The notes beneath the pieces are model-generated. The model saw only the letters and a program-made list of their open reading frames with translations, ran no database searches and was not told the DNA's origin. A program made the position numbers and the translations under genes. Shown in pieces: positions 52,505-61,563 of a DNA stretch of 64,000 nt (position 1 is its first letter; each line of letters starts with the position of its first letter). The stretch is from an uncultured delta proteobacterium (GTDB lineage Bacteria; Desulfobacterota; Syntrophia; Syntrophales; Smithellaceae), in assembly GCA_963753975.1 (NCBI GenBank), contig CAVWEH010000001.1:320001-384000 (forward strand). The letters run 5' to 3'.

Positions 52505-53533
52505 ATGAAGGCGGTAATCTTAGAAAAAATAGCCAGTTTAAAAGAAGACAAAAAGCCGCTGAAGCAGGTTCAATGGCCTGAGCCTGTGATAGCGGACAAG
52601 GACATTTTGGTAAAAGTTTCCACCTGCGGTGTTTGCCATACGGAATTAGATGAAATTGAAGGGAGAACGCCACCGCCTTGTTTCCCCATTATTTTAGGAC
52701 ATCAGATTGTCGGCATTGTTGTTGAACGCGGGAGGGGTGCAAGGAAATTTGGGCTTGGCGCAAGGGTCGGCATCGGCTGGATTAATTCTGCCTGCGGTAA
52801 ATGTCGGGCGTGTCTTTCCGGAAACGAAAATCTCTGCGATGATTTCCAGGCAACCGGCCGGGATGTTGACGGCGGTTACGCCGAATATGTCAAGGTGAGC
52901 GAAGATTTCGCTTTTGCCATACCCAAAATTTTTTCTGACACGCAAGCGGCGCCGCTTTTATGCGCCGGGGCTGTAGGATATCGGTCACTCTGTCTTACGA
53001 ATCTTATTGACGGTCAGCGTCTCGGATTAACGGGATTTGGCGCTTCTGCTCATCTGGTTTTAAAATTGTCCAGCTATCTTTGCCCCCATTCTAAAATATT
53101 TGTTTTCGCCCGCAGTGAACGGGAGCGCAGTTTTGCTCGGGAATTGGGTGCTGTCTGGGCGGGAGATATTAGTGAGGAATCGCCGAAAAAACTTCATGCC
53201 ATTATCGATACAACACCGGTGTGGGGACCGGTTGTGGAAGCTCTGAAAATTCTCACCCCTGGTGGACGGTTGGTTATAAACGCGATACGCAAAGAAGAAA
53301 CGGACAAAGAGTATTTGTTGAATTTGGACTATTCGCAACACATCTGGCAGGAAAAGGAAATAAAAAGTGTGGCCAACGTAACACGTAAAGACATCGAAGA
53401 GTTTTTAACTCTGGCGGCAAAAATTCCGATAATACCGGAAGTCGAAGAGTATCCTCTGACGGAAGCCAACCGCGCTCTGATGGAATTGAAAGAGGGGAAG
53501 ATCAAAGGTGCTAAAGTGCTGAGGCTTACCTAG
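52505..53533 (+). CDS. Zinc-dependent alcohol dehydrogenase
   Basis: CGVCHTE, CGKCRACLSGNENLC, APLLCAG, GFGASA. Confidence 0.92.
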   Translation: MKAVILEKIASLKEDKKPLKQVQWPEPVIADKDILVKVSTCGVCHTELDEIEGRTPPPCFPIILGHQIVGIVVERGRGARKFGLGARVGIGWINSACGKCRACLSGNENLCDDFQATGRDVDGGYAEYVKVSEDFAFAIPKIFSDTQAAPLLCAGAVGYRSLCLTNLIDGQRLGLTGFGASAHLVLKLSSYLCPHSKIFVFARSERERSFARELGAVWAGDISEESPKKLHAIIDTTPVWGPVVEALKILTPGGRLVINAIRKEETDKEYLLNLDYSQHIWQEKEIKSVANVTRKDIEEFLTLAAKIPIIPEVEEYPLTEANRALMELKEGKIKGAKVLRLT

Positions 53534-53539
53534 TATAGA

Positions 53540-53797
53540 GCGTCTAACACTTCCTTACATAAGGCACATTCTGAAAAACGGCTCTCTCGTGCTCAGAATC
53601 TTTTTACGACCACGCAGCCTCTCGCTACACTGCCAAAGCAAAACTCGTCCGGCTGAAGCGGACTCAAACATTTGCTTTGGCGGTCATTGCGCTACGAGGG
53701 CATGGTGCCCGTAAAAAGCTTAATTCGCACTCCATGAGCCATATTTTTCAGCTAATTCACCATTCCTCGGACAAGTAATTTATCAAACACCGCACTA
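53540..53797. repeat. Long imperfect palindrome / MITE-like element between convergent genes
   Basis: Nested arms CTGAAAAA-cggctc...gagcc-atat-TTTTCAG, TTTTTACG...CGTAAAAA, GCCAAAGCAAA...TTTGCTTTGGC around a GTCCG-N7-CGGAC core. Confidence 0.65.
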
Positions 53798-54640
53798 ACT
53801 TTTCTCCTGCCAGCTGACTATATAATCAAGCGACGTTTCTCTCGGAGCATTAGGGTCAACTTGCCAAATTCCTGCGAGTCCTTGTTCGCGCGCGGTTATT
53901 TCAAAGTGGCTCATCGCGATGCCCATGTCAATATCTTGCAGGGAAACTCCACGCAGCAAATTATAGCCGAAAGTGCGTGAAAGATAGAAATGGAAAGTAT
54001 TTTTATCGGTATTCAGCAAAATCCTCCAGGGCTGCTTGTTGGAGGCGGAAGGTGCCAGACGCAGATTCTCCAGTGCTTCGCAATATTTTCCCGCCTGCTC
54101 TTGAGTCAAAGACATTGCAATATCATTGGCAAAGAAAATATCCGGCCAGGGTTTTCTGTTGTCCGATCCAGCAATACGGCGCATAATTTTTTCCGTGAAC
54201 GATCTTTCTTCAGCCGGATAACCTATCGGACTTACGGTGGGCAACATTTGATCTTCCTGCAAATTAACTGCTTGGGCAAAGCCGCTGGCTTTAAAAGTTC
54301 CGCCCAGCCAACACGTCCCCAATCCCAAGGCAGTCGCTTTGAGGATTAATGTTTCCTTACAGTAGCCGTAATCTTCCATCGCCAAAGGACTTTTTCTCGT
54401 GGTCCCTACCAGAAAATAGCGGGCGTTCTTAATGACGCTATATGTGCCCAGCGTTTTCCATTCCCGCGGCGTTAAATTGTCCGTATGGATTAATTTAAAT
54501 GTTGATTGATTGCCGAATGGTCCTGTATGGGCGGCACTGATTTGCAAAGAGAGCTCATGCAGCACTTTATCTTCAAGAAGTCTGTCCGAATATGATCTAC
54601 AAGATATACGTTTTTTGATAACTTCACTTAATGCGGCCAT
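53795..54640 (-). CDS. Nitroreductase family protein (two-domain type)
   Basis: KRISCRSY, LGLGTCWLGGTF, LAPSASNKQPW, IDMGIAMSHFE. Confidence 0.92.
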   Translation of the reverse strand: MAALSEVIKKRISCRSYSDRLLEDKVLHELSLQISAAHTGPFGNQSTFKLIHTDNLTPREWKTLGTYSVIKNARYFLVGTTRKSPLAMEDYGYCKETLILKATALGLGTCWLGGTFKASGFAQAVNLQEDQMLPTVSPIGYPAEERSFTEKIMRRIAGSDNRKPWPDIFFANDIAMSLTQEQAGKYCEALENLRLAPSASNKQPWRILLNTDKNTFHFYLSRTFGYNLLRGVSLQDIDMGIAMSHFEITAREQGLAGIWQVDPNAPRETSLDYIVSWQEKS

Positions 54641-54743
54641 AGATTCTCCATCAAAATTGTTGTTGGCAAATCGCTTTTGTAAAGGTAATATAAGTATATA
54701 TAAAATATTTGCATAAAGATAGGTTGGCGTTTTGGGGAGTACT

Positions 54744-56312
54744 ATGAAGTTAACCAGTGTAGAAGAAATGCGTTTAATGGATCGCTATGCCATTGAAAAA
54801 CTGGGCATTGCCGAGGAAATACTCATGGAGAATGCGGGCCTTGCCGCTATAAATGTGCTGCAAAATAAAATCGGTATTAAAGGCAGGAAGTTTGTCATCT
54901 TCTGCGGTACGGGCAATAACGGCGGCGACGGCTTAGTAGTCGCGCGCCTTATCCATTCCGGCGGCGGGAAAGTAAAAGTATTTTTGCTGGGAGATAAAAA
55001 TAAATTTCACGGTGCTGCCCAAACCAACATGCCCATAATTGATAAACTGCCCATAGAAGTCTTGAAACTGGAAAACTCAACGGCGGCAAAAAAGGATACA
55101 GCCCACAGCGATATGATTATTGACGCTATTTTCGGCACCGGGCTTGACCGCGCTGTGGCGGGGTTAGCCGCGGATGTAATTGCACTCGTAAACAAAAGCA
55201 AAAAGAAGGTTTTATCTTTGGATATTCCTTCCGGTGTTAACGGCAATACCGGCCAAATTTTGGGTGTGGCAGTCAAAGCCGACTATACTGCAACCTTTGG
55301 TCTTCCCAAAATCGGTAACATGCTTTATCCGGGGTATGAACTTTGTGGGGAATTATTTGTCAGCCACATTTCCTTTCCGCCCTCCCTTACTGAAAGAAAC
55401 GATCTCCCCATTGCCACCAATGATTATGTGCCCCTGCCCAAAAGGCCTCCCCAAGCCTACAAAGGTTCAGTGGGTGACGTCCTTTTCATTGCCGGAGCCG
55501 TGGGTTATTATGGAGCGCCTTATTTTGCGGCCATCTCCTTTATGAAGGCAGGCGGCGGATATGCAAGGCTTGCCGCTCCTAAGTCAATGATCGGCAAGCT
55601 GGCGGTAAAGGGAAGAGAGATTGTTTATCTGCCACAGGAAGAAACAACGGCGGGAAGCATTGCCGTGAAGTGCAAAAATAAATTGCTGGAAGCGTCAGCA
55701 AAAGTGGATATGGTGGTGATTGGCCCCGGCCTTTCCTTGGAGAAAGAAACGATGAGGCTGGTCAAAGAGCTGGCAGCAGCAATCAAAGTACCACTCCTCA
55801 TTGACGGCGACGGTCTTACAGCAATTGCGGAAAATCCGGAAATATTACTGACCCGGAAAGCGGCGACAATCTTAACGCCGCACCTGGGTGAAATGGCGCG
55901 GCTGACGGGGAAATTTGCCGAGGAAATTAACAGCAATAAAATAAGTGTTTTGCGGGAAGCGACAGAAAAACTCAAAGCCACAATTGTTTTGAAAGGCGCG
56001 CATTCACTGATCGGCACGCAGAATGGCAGCGTCTATATTAATCTGAGCGGTAACGCTGGTATGGCAACAGCAGGTTCCGGTGATGTGCTTACCGGCTGCA
56101 TTGCGGCAATGTACGGGTTGAGATTAAAGCCGGAAGAAGCAACACGGAAGGGTGTATTTCTGCACGGCTATGCCGGAGATCTGGCTGCGGCAAAAAAAGG
56201 AGCCGATGGAATCATTGCAAGGGACATTATGGAATTCCTGCCGCAAGCACTCAAAAACGATCGCGAATGTGTAATCGATGAGAAATATTACGCCCCACCG
56301 ATAATTTTTTGA
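54744..56312 (+). CDS. nnr: Bifunctional NAD(P)HX epimerase/dehydratase
   Basis: LMENAG, GTGNNGGDG, DAIFGTG, DIPSG, IGPGL, TPHLGE, LKGA, ATAGSGDVL. Confidence 0.95.
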   Translation: MKLTSVEEMRLMDRYAIEKLGIAEEILMENAGLAAINVLQNKIGIKGRKFVIFCGTGNNGGDGLVVARLIHSGGGKVKVFLLGDKNKFHGAAQTNMPIIDKLPIEVLKLENSTAAKKDTAHSDMIIDAIFGTGLDRAVAGLAADVIALVNKSKKKVLSLDIPSGVNGNTGQILGVAVKADYTATFGLPKIGNMLYPGYELCGELFVSHISFPPSLTERNDLPIATNDYVPLPKRPPQAYKGSVGDVLFIAGAVGYYGAPYFAAISFMKAGGGYARLAAPKSMIGKLAVKGREIVYLPQEETTAGSIAVKCKNKLLEASAKVDMVVIGPGLSLEKETMRLVKELAAAIKVPLLIDGDGLTAIAENPEILLTRKAATILTPHLGEMARLTGKFAEEINSNKISVLREATEKLKATIVLKGAHSLIGTQNGSVYINLSGNAGMATAGSGDVLTGCIAAMYGLRLKPEEATRKGVFLHGYAGDLAAAKKGADGIIARDIMEFLPQALKNDRECVIDEKYYAPPIIF

Positions 56313-56325
56313 GGCGAAAAGGTTA

Positions 56326-56825
56326 GTGCCTCTGAGAAGTAAAAATAAGGAAAAACAAAAATCTGTTTCAAAAAAGACAAAGACAGATCATCCAGAAAGC
56401 CACGAAGCTTTTCATGAAGAAAGGTTATGCGCAAACCACGATGCGTGAAATATCCAAGGCAACCGGAATCGATATCCGCAATTTGTATTATTTTATTAAG
56501 AGCAAAGATGAAATTATTTTTCTGGTTTGCCAGATGATTCACACACCAATGATGGAGATTATTAATAATCAGAACATCATGTATATTGACGACCCTGTTG
56601 AACAGCTTCATCTAGGAGAGCCTTTTAGTTTCGCGTATCGAAGAAATTCTGAAGAAGGGAAAGGAAAGAAAGGTATTTCAATTTAAAGACTCTTCTTTTA
56701 CCGCAAATTTCATCGTTTACGGATTCTCTCTTAACCCGCTGCGACATTGGAACATGAAAAAATATTCCAAAAAAGAACTTTTGTTTCTGCTCGAGAGGGA
56801 ACTCATGAGAACGGTCATAATTTGA
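56326..56825 (+). pseudogene. TetR family regulator with an apparent internal deletion and frameshifts
   Basis: HTH LFMKKGYAQTTMREISKATGIDIRNLYYF runs to DDPVEQL (about 56608), then jumps frame to the TetR-like C-terminus ESLLVSRIEEILKKGKERKVFQFKDSSFTAN...TGA 56825; extra A near 56343. Confidence 0.75.
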
Positions 56826-56940
56826 TTGTGTCGGGCAGTAGTGGCAAGAAACGGTCAGCTTGCCCAGCGTATGCTGGGCGACCATTTTCTGTAAACCGTC
56901 TCAATATCATCTCAGATTTAGAATTAGTGTAAGTTGAAAC

Positions 56941-56975
56941 AAAAAAGCCGGGAGTGGATAACTCCCGGCTTTTTT
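56941..56975. terminator. Bidirectional rho-independent terminator
   Basis: AAAAAAGCCGGGAGT-ggata-ACTCCCGGCTTTTTT. Confidence 0.88.
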
Positions 56976-56991
56976 GTTTTTGATTACTGTC

Positions 56992-58107
56992 TTAAGCAAG
57001 ATATTTTTTCTGAACACCGCGAAGGATATCTTCCGCTTCCTTGACCATAGTTTGTACCAGGTCAGCCACTTTAGGCATATCATTGATACGCTGGGCGGCC
57101 TCGCCGGCTGCCATCATGGCTTTTCCCTGATCCCCTTCGCATACAGCTTTGATGGATTCTTTCTCATACTCGATCAGGCTTTGCGCTTCCGGGCTCGCAT
57201 AATCATCAGGGAATCCCAAAAAAATACCGGGGGATTTCTTCAGGGTATTGACAGCATGCTCCGAGCTGCGCGGGTTTTTAATCCACCGTGCAGGACCGAC
57301 AAAACCGCGGGCCACCAGCGTTGCCCTGTCGCCTGCCGCCACAACTCCCTCTTTCCAGATCTGATGGAAATCACTCTCCTGTGTGGCCAAAAAGCGTGTG
57401 CCCATTTGAGCACCGTCGGCACCCAGAACCAGGGCCGCGGCAAGGGTCTTGCCGTCGCAGAATCCGCCGGCTCCACAGACAAGAGTCTTTTCATCGGACA
57501 CCGCCTCAACTACGGCGGGGAGCAGGATCATGGAATGGACCGGTTCCCATGAGGTATGGAATCCACCTTCATGGCCCGAGGCGACGATCACATCTACACC
57601 TGCTTTTTTGCAGCGCAACGCGCCTTTTACGGACGGGACAACATGCATCCAGGTAAATCCGGCGCCCTTGATCTTGTCTTTCCATCCTACCGGATCACCG
57701 GCGGAGGTGAAAATGACTTTGAAGTTTTTCTTCATTTCGGGATTTTCTTTACGGACCCTGATGGCCGTATCGACGATAATGTTTGCCTGGGTCATAAGTT
57801 CTGCTGAAACCATAACATTGATGCCAAAGATGCCGCCCTTGTCTTTGGTCAGACGGTAAGTGCGCTTCAGGAGCTTTTCCATCACTGTCGCCATATCGTC
57901 GTCCATGGTCGAATCCGCCGTTTGAATAAAGGCGTTATAAATCCATGGTTGAGCCGTTTTGTCAAAAAGGCCGCTGGTGGAAAGCAGTCCCAAAACACCG
58001 GCATTGGCTGCTGCCACGGCAAGGTTATTGTTGGAAAACGGACCCATGCCCGCCTGAATGATAGGATACTTGATCCCGATCATCTCACAAAGTCTTGATT
58101 TAATCAT
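56992..58107 (-). CDS. Nitronate monooxygenase / FabK-like FMN oxidoreductase
   Basis: KYPIIQAGMG, SGHEGGFH, GAGGFCDG, LGADGAQMGTRF, AGEAAQRI. Confidence 0.9.
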   Translation of the reverse strand: MIKSRLCEMIGIKYPIIQAGMGPFSNNNLAVAAANAGVLGLLSTSGLFDKTAQPWIYNAFIQTADSTMDDDMATVMEKLLKRTYRLTKDKGGIFGINVMVSAELMTQANIIVDTAIRVRKENPEMKKNFKVIFTSAGDPVGWKDKIKGAGFTWMHVVPSVKGALRCKKAGVDVIVASGHEGGFHTSWEPVHSMILLPAVVEAVSDEKTLVCGAGGFCDGKTLAAALVLGADGAQMGTRFLATQESDFHQIWKEGVVAAGDRATLVARGFVGPARWIKNPRSSEHAVNTLKKSPGIFLGFPDDYASPEAQSLIEYEKESIKAVCEGDQGKAMMAAGEAAQRINDMPKVADLVQTMVKEAEDILRGVQKKYLA

Positions 58108-58146
58108 AAAACATCTCCTCTATTCCGATTTTCGTGCGTCTTGAAG

Positions 58147-58288
58147 TAAATTAATTCATACAACGATCGTTGGTTGTATGAATTAATTTAGCCGATGTTA
58201 TTTTGTCAAGTGTTATTTTTAATTGCAAATTTTAAAAAAGCTTGACAAAATAATTAGAGGTGACTACTAGAGCCAACGATCGTTGTAT
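58147..58288. promoter_or_regulatory. Mirror-image divergent promoters with a shared operator
   Basis: 18-bp perfect IR 58147-58190; ATACAACGATCGTTGG (58158) and its exact reverse complement (58273); CTTGACAAAATAA on each strand (about 58198-58210 and 58241-58253). Confidence 0.78.
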
Positions 58289-58316
58289 TATTTATCCATA
58301 GATTAAAGGAGCTGTT

Positions 58317-59183
58317 ATGACCATGAAAACAAGCAAGATCAACGTTTCTCGAGGGATATTTAGTGTTCGGGATCGGAGAAACAAAGATGGATTTCCCGTA
58401 ATAATGCTGCATGGATGGCCGGAAAGCTCTTATTGCTGGGAGGGGGTCACAGATTTTCTTAAACCGGAACTGCGTGTCATTGCTCCTGATCTGCGTGGCC
58501 TTGGCGAGAGCGTTCGCACCTTGGACGTAAAGGCCTATCAGAAATTGGAACTCGCCAAAGATGTTGTTGCGATTATTGATGCCCTTAAGATCGATTCCTT
58601 CTTTCTCGTTGGTCATGACTGGGGCGGCATTGTGGCTCAGGAAGTGGCTTTTCTGATTACCGAACGAGTGAAAAAATTTGTCATTATGAACATTCCTGTC
58701 GTCACCAACACCGCTGGGGCACAAGAAGTGGTGAAGGTTATGACCGCCATGAGGTTTATTCCCTACTGGTATCAGTATTTCCAACAGCAGCCGGGTTTGG
58801 CGGAAGCCATGATCAAAGGTAACGAAGACGTCTGGGTTCGCTATTTCTTCGGGAAGGCGGGCAACGATGGTATCATTCCTCCTGCAGCCATTGCTGAATA
58901 TATTCGCTGCTACAGTATTGAAAATACGCCTGCTACCGCCGCGTCTTATTATCGCGCCATGCGCTATGACGTCAAACGCTGGGCGACTCTCAGAGGTAAG
59001 AAGTTTTCCATGCCTACACTCTATATTTACGGATACGAAGATCCAGTGATTATCCCGGAAAACTTAAATCACATTGAAGATTGTTTTGATTCGATTAAAG
59101 TGGAAAAACTCAAGGCCGGGCATTTTGTCCAGGAAGAGAAACCCCAAGAGGTTGCCATGTTGATGAACGGCTTTTTAAAATAA
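58317..59183 (+). CDS. Alpha/beta hydrolase, epoxide hydrolase-like
   Basis: HGWP oxyanion motif, GHDWG Asp nucleophile, WYQYFFQ and YYRA tyrosines, GHFVQEE. Confidence 0.88.
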   Translation: MTMKTSKINVSRGIFSVRDRRNKDGFPVIMLHGWPESSYCWEGVTDFLKPELRVIAPDLRGLGESVRTLDVKAYQKLELAKDVVAIIDALKIDSFFLVGHDWGGIVAQEVAFLITERVKKFVIMNIPVVTNTAGAQEVVKVMTAMRFIPYWYQYFQQQPGLAEAMIKGNEDVWVRYFFGKAGNDGIIPPAAIAEYIRCYSIENTPATAASYYRAMRYDVKRWATLRGKKFSMPTLYIYGYEDPVIIPENLNHIEDCFDSIKVEKLKAGHFVQEEKPQEVAMLMNGFLK

Positions 59184-59185
59184 TC

Positions 59186-59711
59186 ATGAAATCCGGAAAG
59201 CAAGGAAAACTGGATTCCATTCGTAAAAATATTCTGCGATTATTCTGGTGTGCCATTGGTGCCGCAATCGGCATTGGTTTGGCCCTGTGGGTCGTGGGAG
59301 CAACTTCCTCCCCTTTTATTCTTGCTTCTCTGGGCGGTTCAACAGTGTTCCTTTTCGGTTTGACAAGCGCGGCCGCAGCACAACCTCGCGCTCTATTCGG
59401 CGGCCATCTGGGCAGCACGCTGATTGGCGTACTCTGTTTTCAGGCATTTGGTGATGCGCTTTTGGGTTTGCACGCTGGCAGTCGTTTTGTCACTAGTTTT
59501 CAGACTATCCACCAAAGCAGTACACCCATCGGCAGGAGCTAACCCGTTGATTATGGTTAATGGCCATGCCGGATTTAACGCGCTGTGGCAACCGGTTGGT
59601 CTGGGTATTCTCATCCTGGCTATTGTAACCGCTTTGTGGAGCCGTGTAATACCGGGAATGATTTCTTACCCTGTAAACTGGATTGAAAAATCACCACATT
59701 CGATTTTTTAA
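59186..59711 (+). CDS. HPP family membrane protein; frameshift near 59462 as sequenced
   Basis: ASLGGSTVFLFG...AQPRALFGGHL, then in the shifted frame TKAVHPSAGANPLI. Confidence 0.82.
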
Positions 59712-59725
59712 AGGAGAAAAACATT

Positions 59726-60106
59726 ATGTCGAGTCTCGAAAGCAATGAAGATCAATTTCAGGCGTTAGCCGCCAGTAAAAACGAAGAACCATTTGTTATG
59801 CTCAACCTGCTGAAGTTTAAAAAGGAAGGCGGTCGGGAGGCCTATTTCCGTTATATCAAGGAATCGGGTCCCTTTGTCGAAAGCGTCGGTGCCAAGGTGC
59901 TTTATTTCGGCAAGGCAAAAGAGTTACTCAATGGAAGCCAGACGTGGGATGTCGTCATGCTCGTCCAATATCCTTCACGCAAGGCGTTCCTCAAAATGGC
60001 CAATAACCCCGACTATCTCAAGGTTCATCATTCCCGTGAAGAAGCCTTGGAACGGGCGGTTCTCTATGTGACAGATCCTGTTAAGTTCAGGGATATCATT
60101 TCTTAG
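59726..60106 (+). CDS. DUF1330-like protein
   Basis: PFVMLNLLKF, WDVVMLVQYPSRKAF, REEAL; AAGGAG RBS. Confidence 0.82.
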   Translation: MSSLESNEDQFQALAASKNEEPFVMLNLLKFKKEGGREAYFRYIKESGPFVESVGAKVLYFGKAKELLNGSQTWDVVMLVQYPSRKAFLKMANNPDYLKVHHSREEALERAVLYVTDPVKFRDIIS

Positions 60107-60240
60107 TTAGTGACGCCCAAGTGACATCGCCTCGATTTTTTATGAGTTTTTTTACAATAGCTTTTGAAAGAAGAAATTATAATCAGAATCAATGAAGTTA
60201 TGGCAGCATTATACCATTTCGATTTCAAAGGATCACGGGT

Positions 60241-60432
60241 AATACCCCCCGCTTTGCGGGATTGTTCAACTTACCAATTCCGCCGCGCTCCGCTTTCAGA
60301 ATTGGAGTTTCAACAATAACGCGGCGGCAAGGAGGAGGCGAGGCGTATAACCTGAAGGTCACGCGTTGCACATGCGTTGAGGATGCTGACGATCCAGCAT
60401 ACGCCGGACAGGCTCCGCCAACAAAGTTAGCC
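60241..60432. repeat. Composite repeat: empty copy of the 27391 element plus a second repeat carrying two modules
   Basis: 60241-60316 is the reverse complement of 27391-27530 without its inserts; TATAACCTGAAGGTCAC at 60346; TCCAGCATACGCCGGACAGGC at 60393 resembles the reverse complement of 56858-56878. Confidence 0.75.
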
Positions 60433-60532
60433 AAAGACCGGGAGCGCATCCTGTAAGGGAGCGCCTTATAAATAAACCTTACTCTACCGGTAATTATCAC
60501 CTGAAAGATGGTAACTTACATGCGACTTGGTA

Positions 60533-61507
60533 TTATATATTTCGGGAGAGGATATATTCGGCGACGGCATTAAGTTGATTTATCTCCACACAGTCGGGAA
60601 ACAGATTCAGCCGCGCTTTAGCGTCACTGATGAAGTTTTCTGCGCATTTTAAAGAATAATCAATTCCCTTGTATTTTTGAATCAAACCTAAAATTTCCTG
60701 TGCCATTTTTTGCGAAAGTTTTTTCTTGAATATCAATTCTTTGGTTTTTCCCCTTTCTTCTTTTGAGCACTGCTTTAACGTGTAAATAAGCGGCAGAGTT
60801 ATTTTGCCTTCTTCCAAATCCTTGCCGATGGATTTGCCGAATTCTTTTTCCTTGGCCATGTAATCCAAAGTGTCATCCGTCATTTGAAAAGCCATACCGA
60901 TATTTCTACCGAATTGCGTCAGCGCGCTAATCTGTTCTTCTGACGCCGAACCGAGAATCGCTCCGCAGGCGCAGGCCGCGGAAATTAAAACCGCTGTTTT
61001 CTTCTCGATGATCGTTAAGTATTCTTCTTCGGTCATTTTGACGTCGCCGCATTTCATGAGTTGAAAAACTTCGCCCTCAGACATAACGTTTGTGACTTCG
61101 GACATCATTTTTAAAATGGCAATATTTTCGATTTCAGTCATTAAAGTGAAAGACTTGGAATAAAGAAAATCGCCGACGAGAACACTCGCGGCATTGCCCC
61201 AGATATTGTTGGCGGAAGTTTTGCCGCGGCGGATGATTGCCTGATCGATAACGTCATCGTGCAGTAAGGTGGCGGTATGGATAAATTCCATAACTGCGGC
61301 CATCGGGAAACGATTGTTTCCCTTATATCCGCAAAGTCCGGCGCATATTAAAAGCAAAAGCGGACGGAATCTTTTTCCGCCGCTGCCAATCAAGTGGTGC
61401 GAGACTTCGGGAATCAATTTAACTTCGGAAGTAATGTGTTTATTGAGGTAATCTTCTACCTCTAACAGGTCTTCTTTATATGCGGAAAATACATCTTGAA
61501 TTTGCAT
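60533..61507 (-). CDS. ispB: Polyprenyl (octa/heptaprenyl) diphosphate synthase
   Basis: GGKRFRP, LHDDVID...RRG, QMTDDTLD, DLEEGKITLP. Confidence 0.9.
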   Translation of the reverse strand: MQIQDVFSAYKEDLLEVEDYLNKHITSEVKLIPEVSHHLIGSGGKRFRPLLLLICAGLCGYKGNNRFPMAAVMEFIHTATLLHDDVIDQAIIRRGKTSANNIWGNAASVLVGDFLYSKSFTLMTEIENIAILKMMSEVTNVMSEGEVFQLMKCGDVKMTEEEYLTIIEKKTAVLISAACACGAILGSASEEQISALTQFGRNIGMAFQMTDDTLDYMAKEKEFGKSIGKDLEEGKITLPLIYTLKQCSKEERGKTKELIFKKKLSQKMAQEILGLIQKYKGIDYSLKCAENFISDAKARLNLFPDCVEINQLNAVAEYILSRNI

Positions 61508-61563
61508 AAAATATTACCTTATCCGAATAGAGACGTATATATATTTTAATATCCCGTTAATTG

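Noticed and set aside
60241..60480. Possible tmRNA, RNase P or 6S RNA
   Set aside because: No tRNA-like ends or RNase P conserved motifs; the sequence is explained by dispersed repeat modules.
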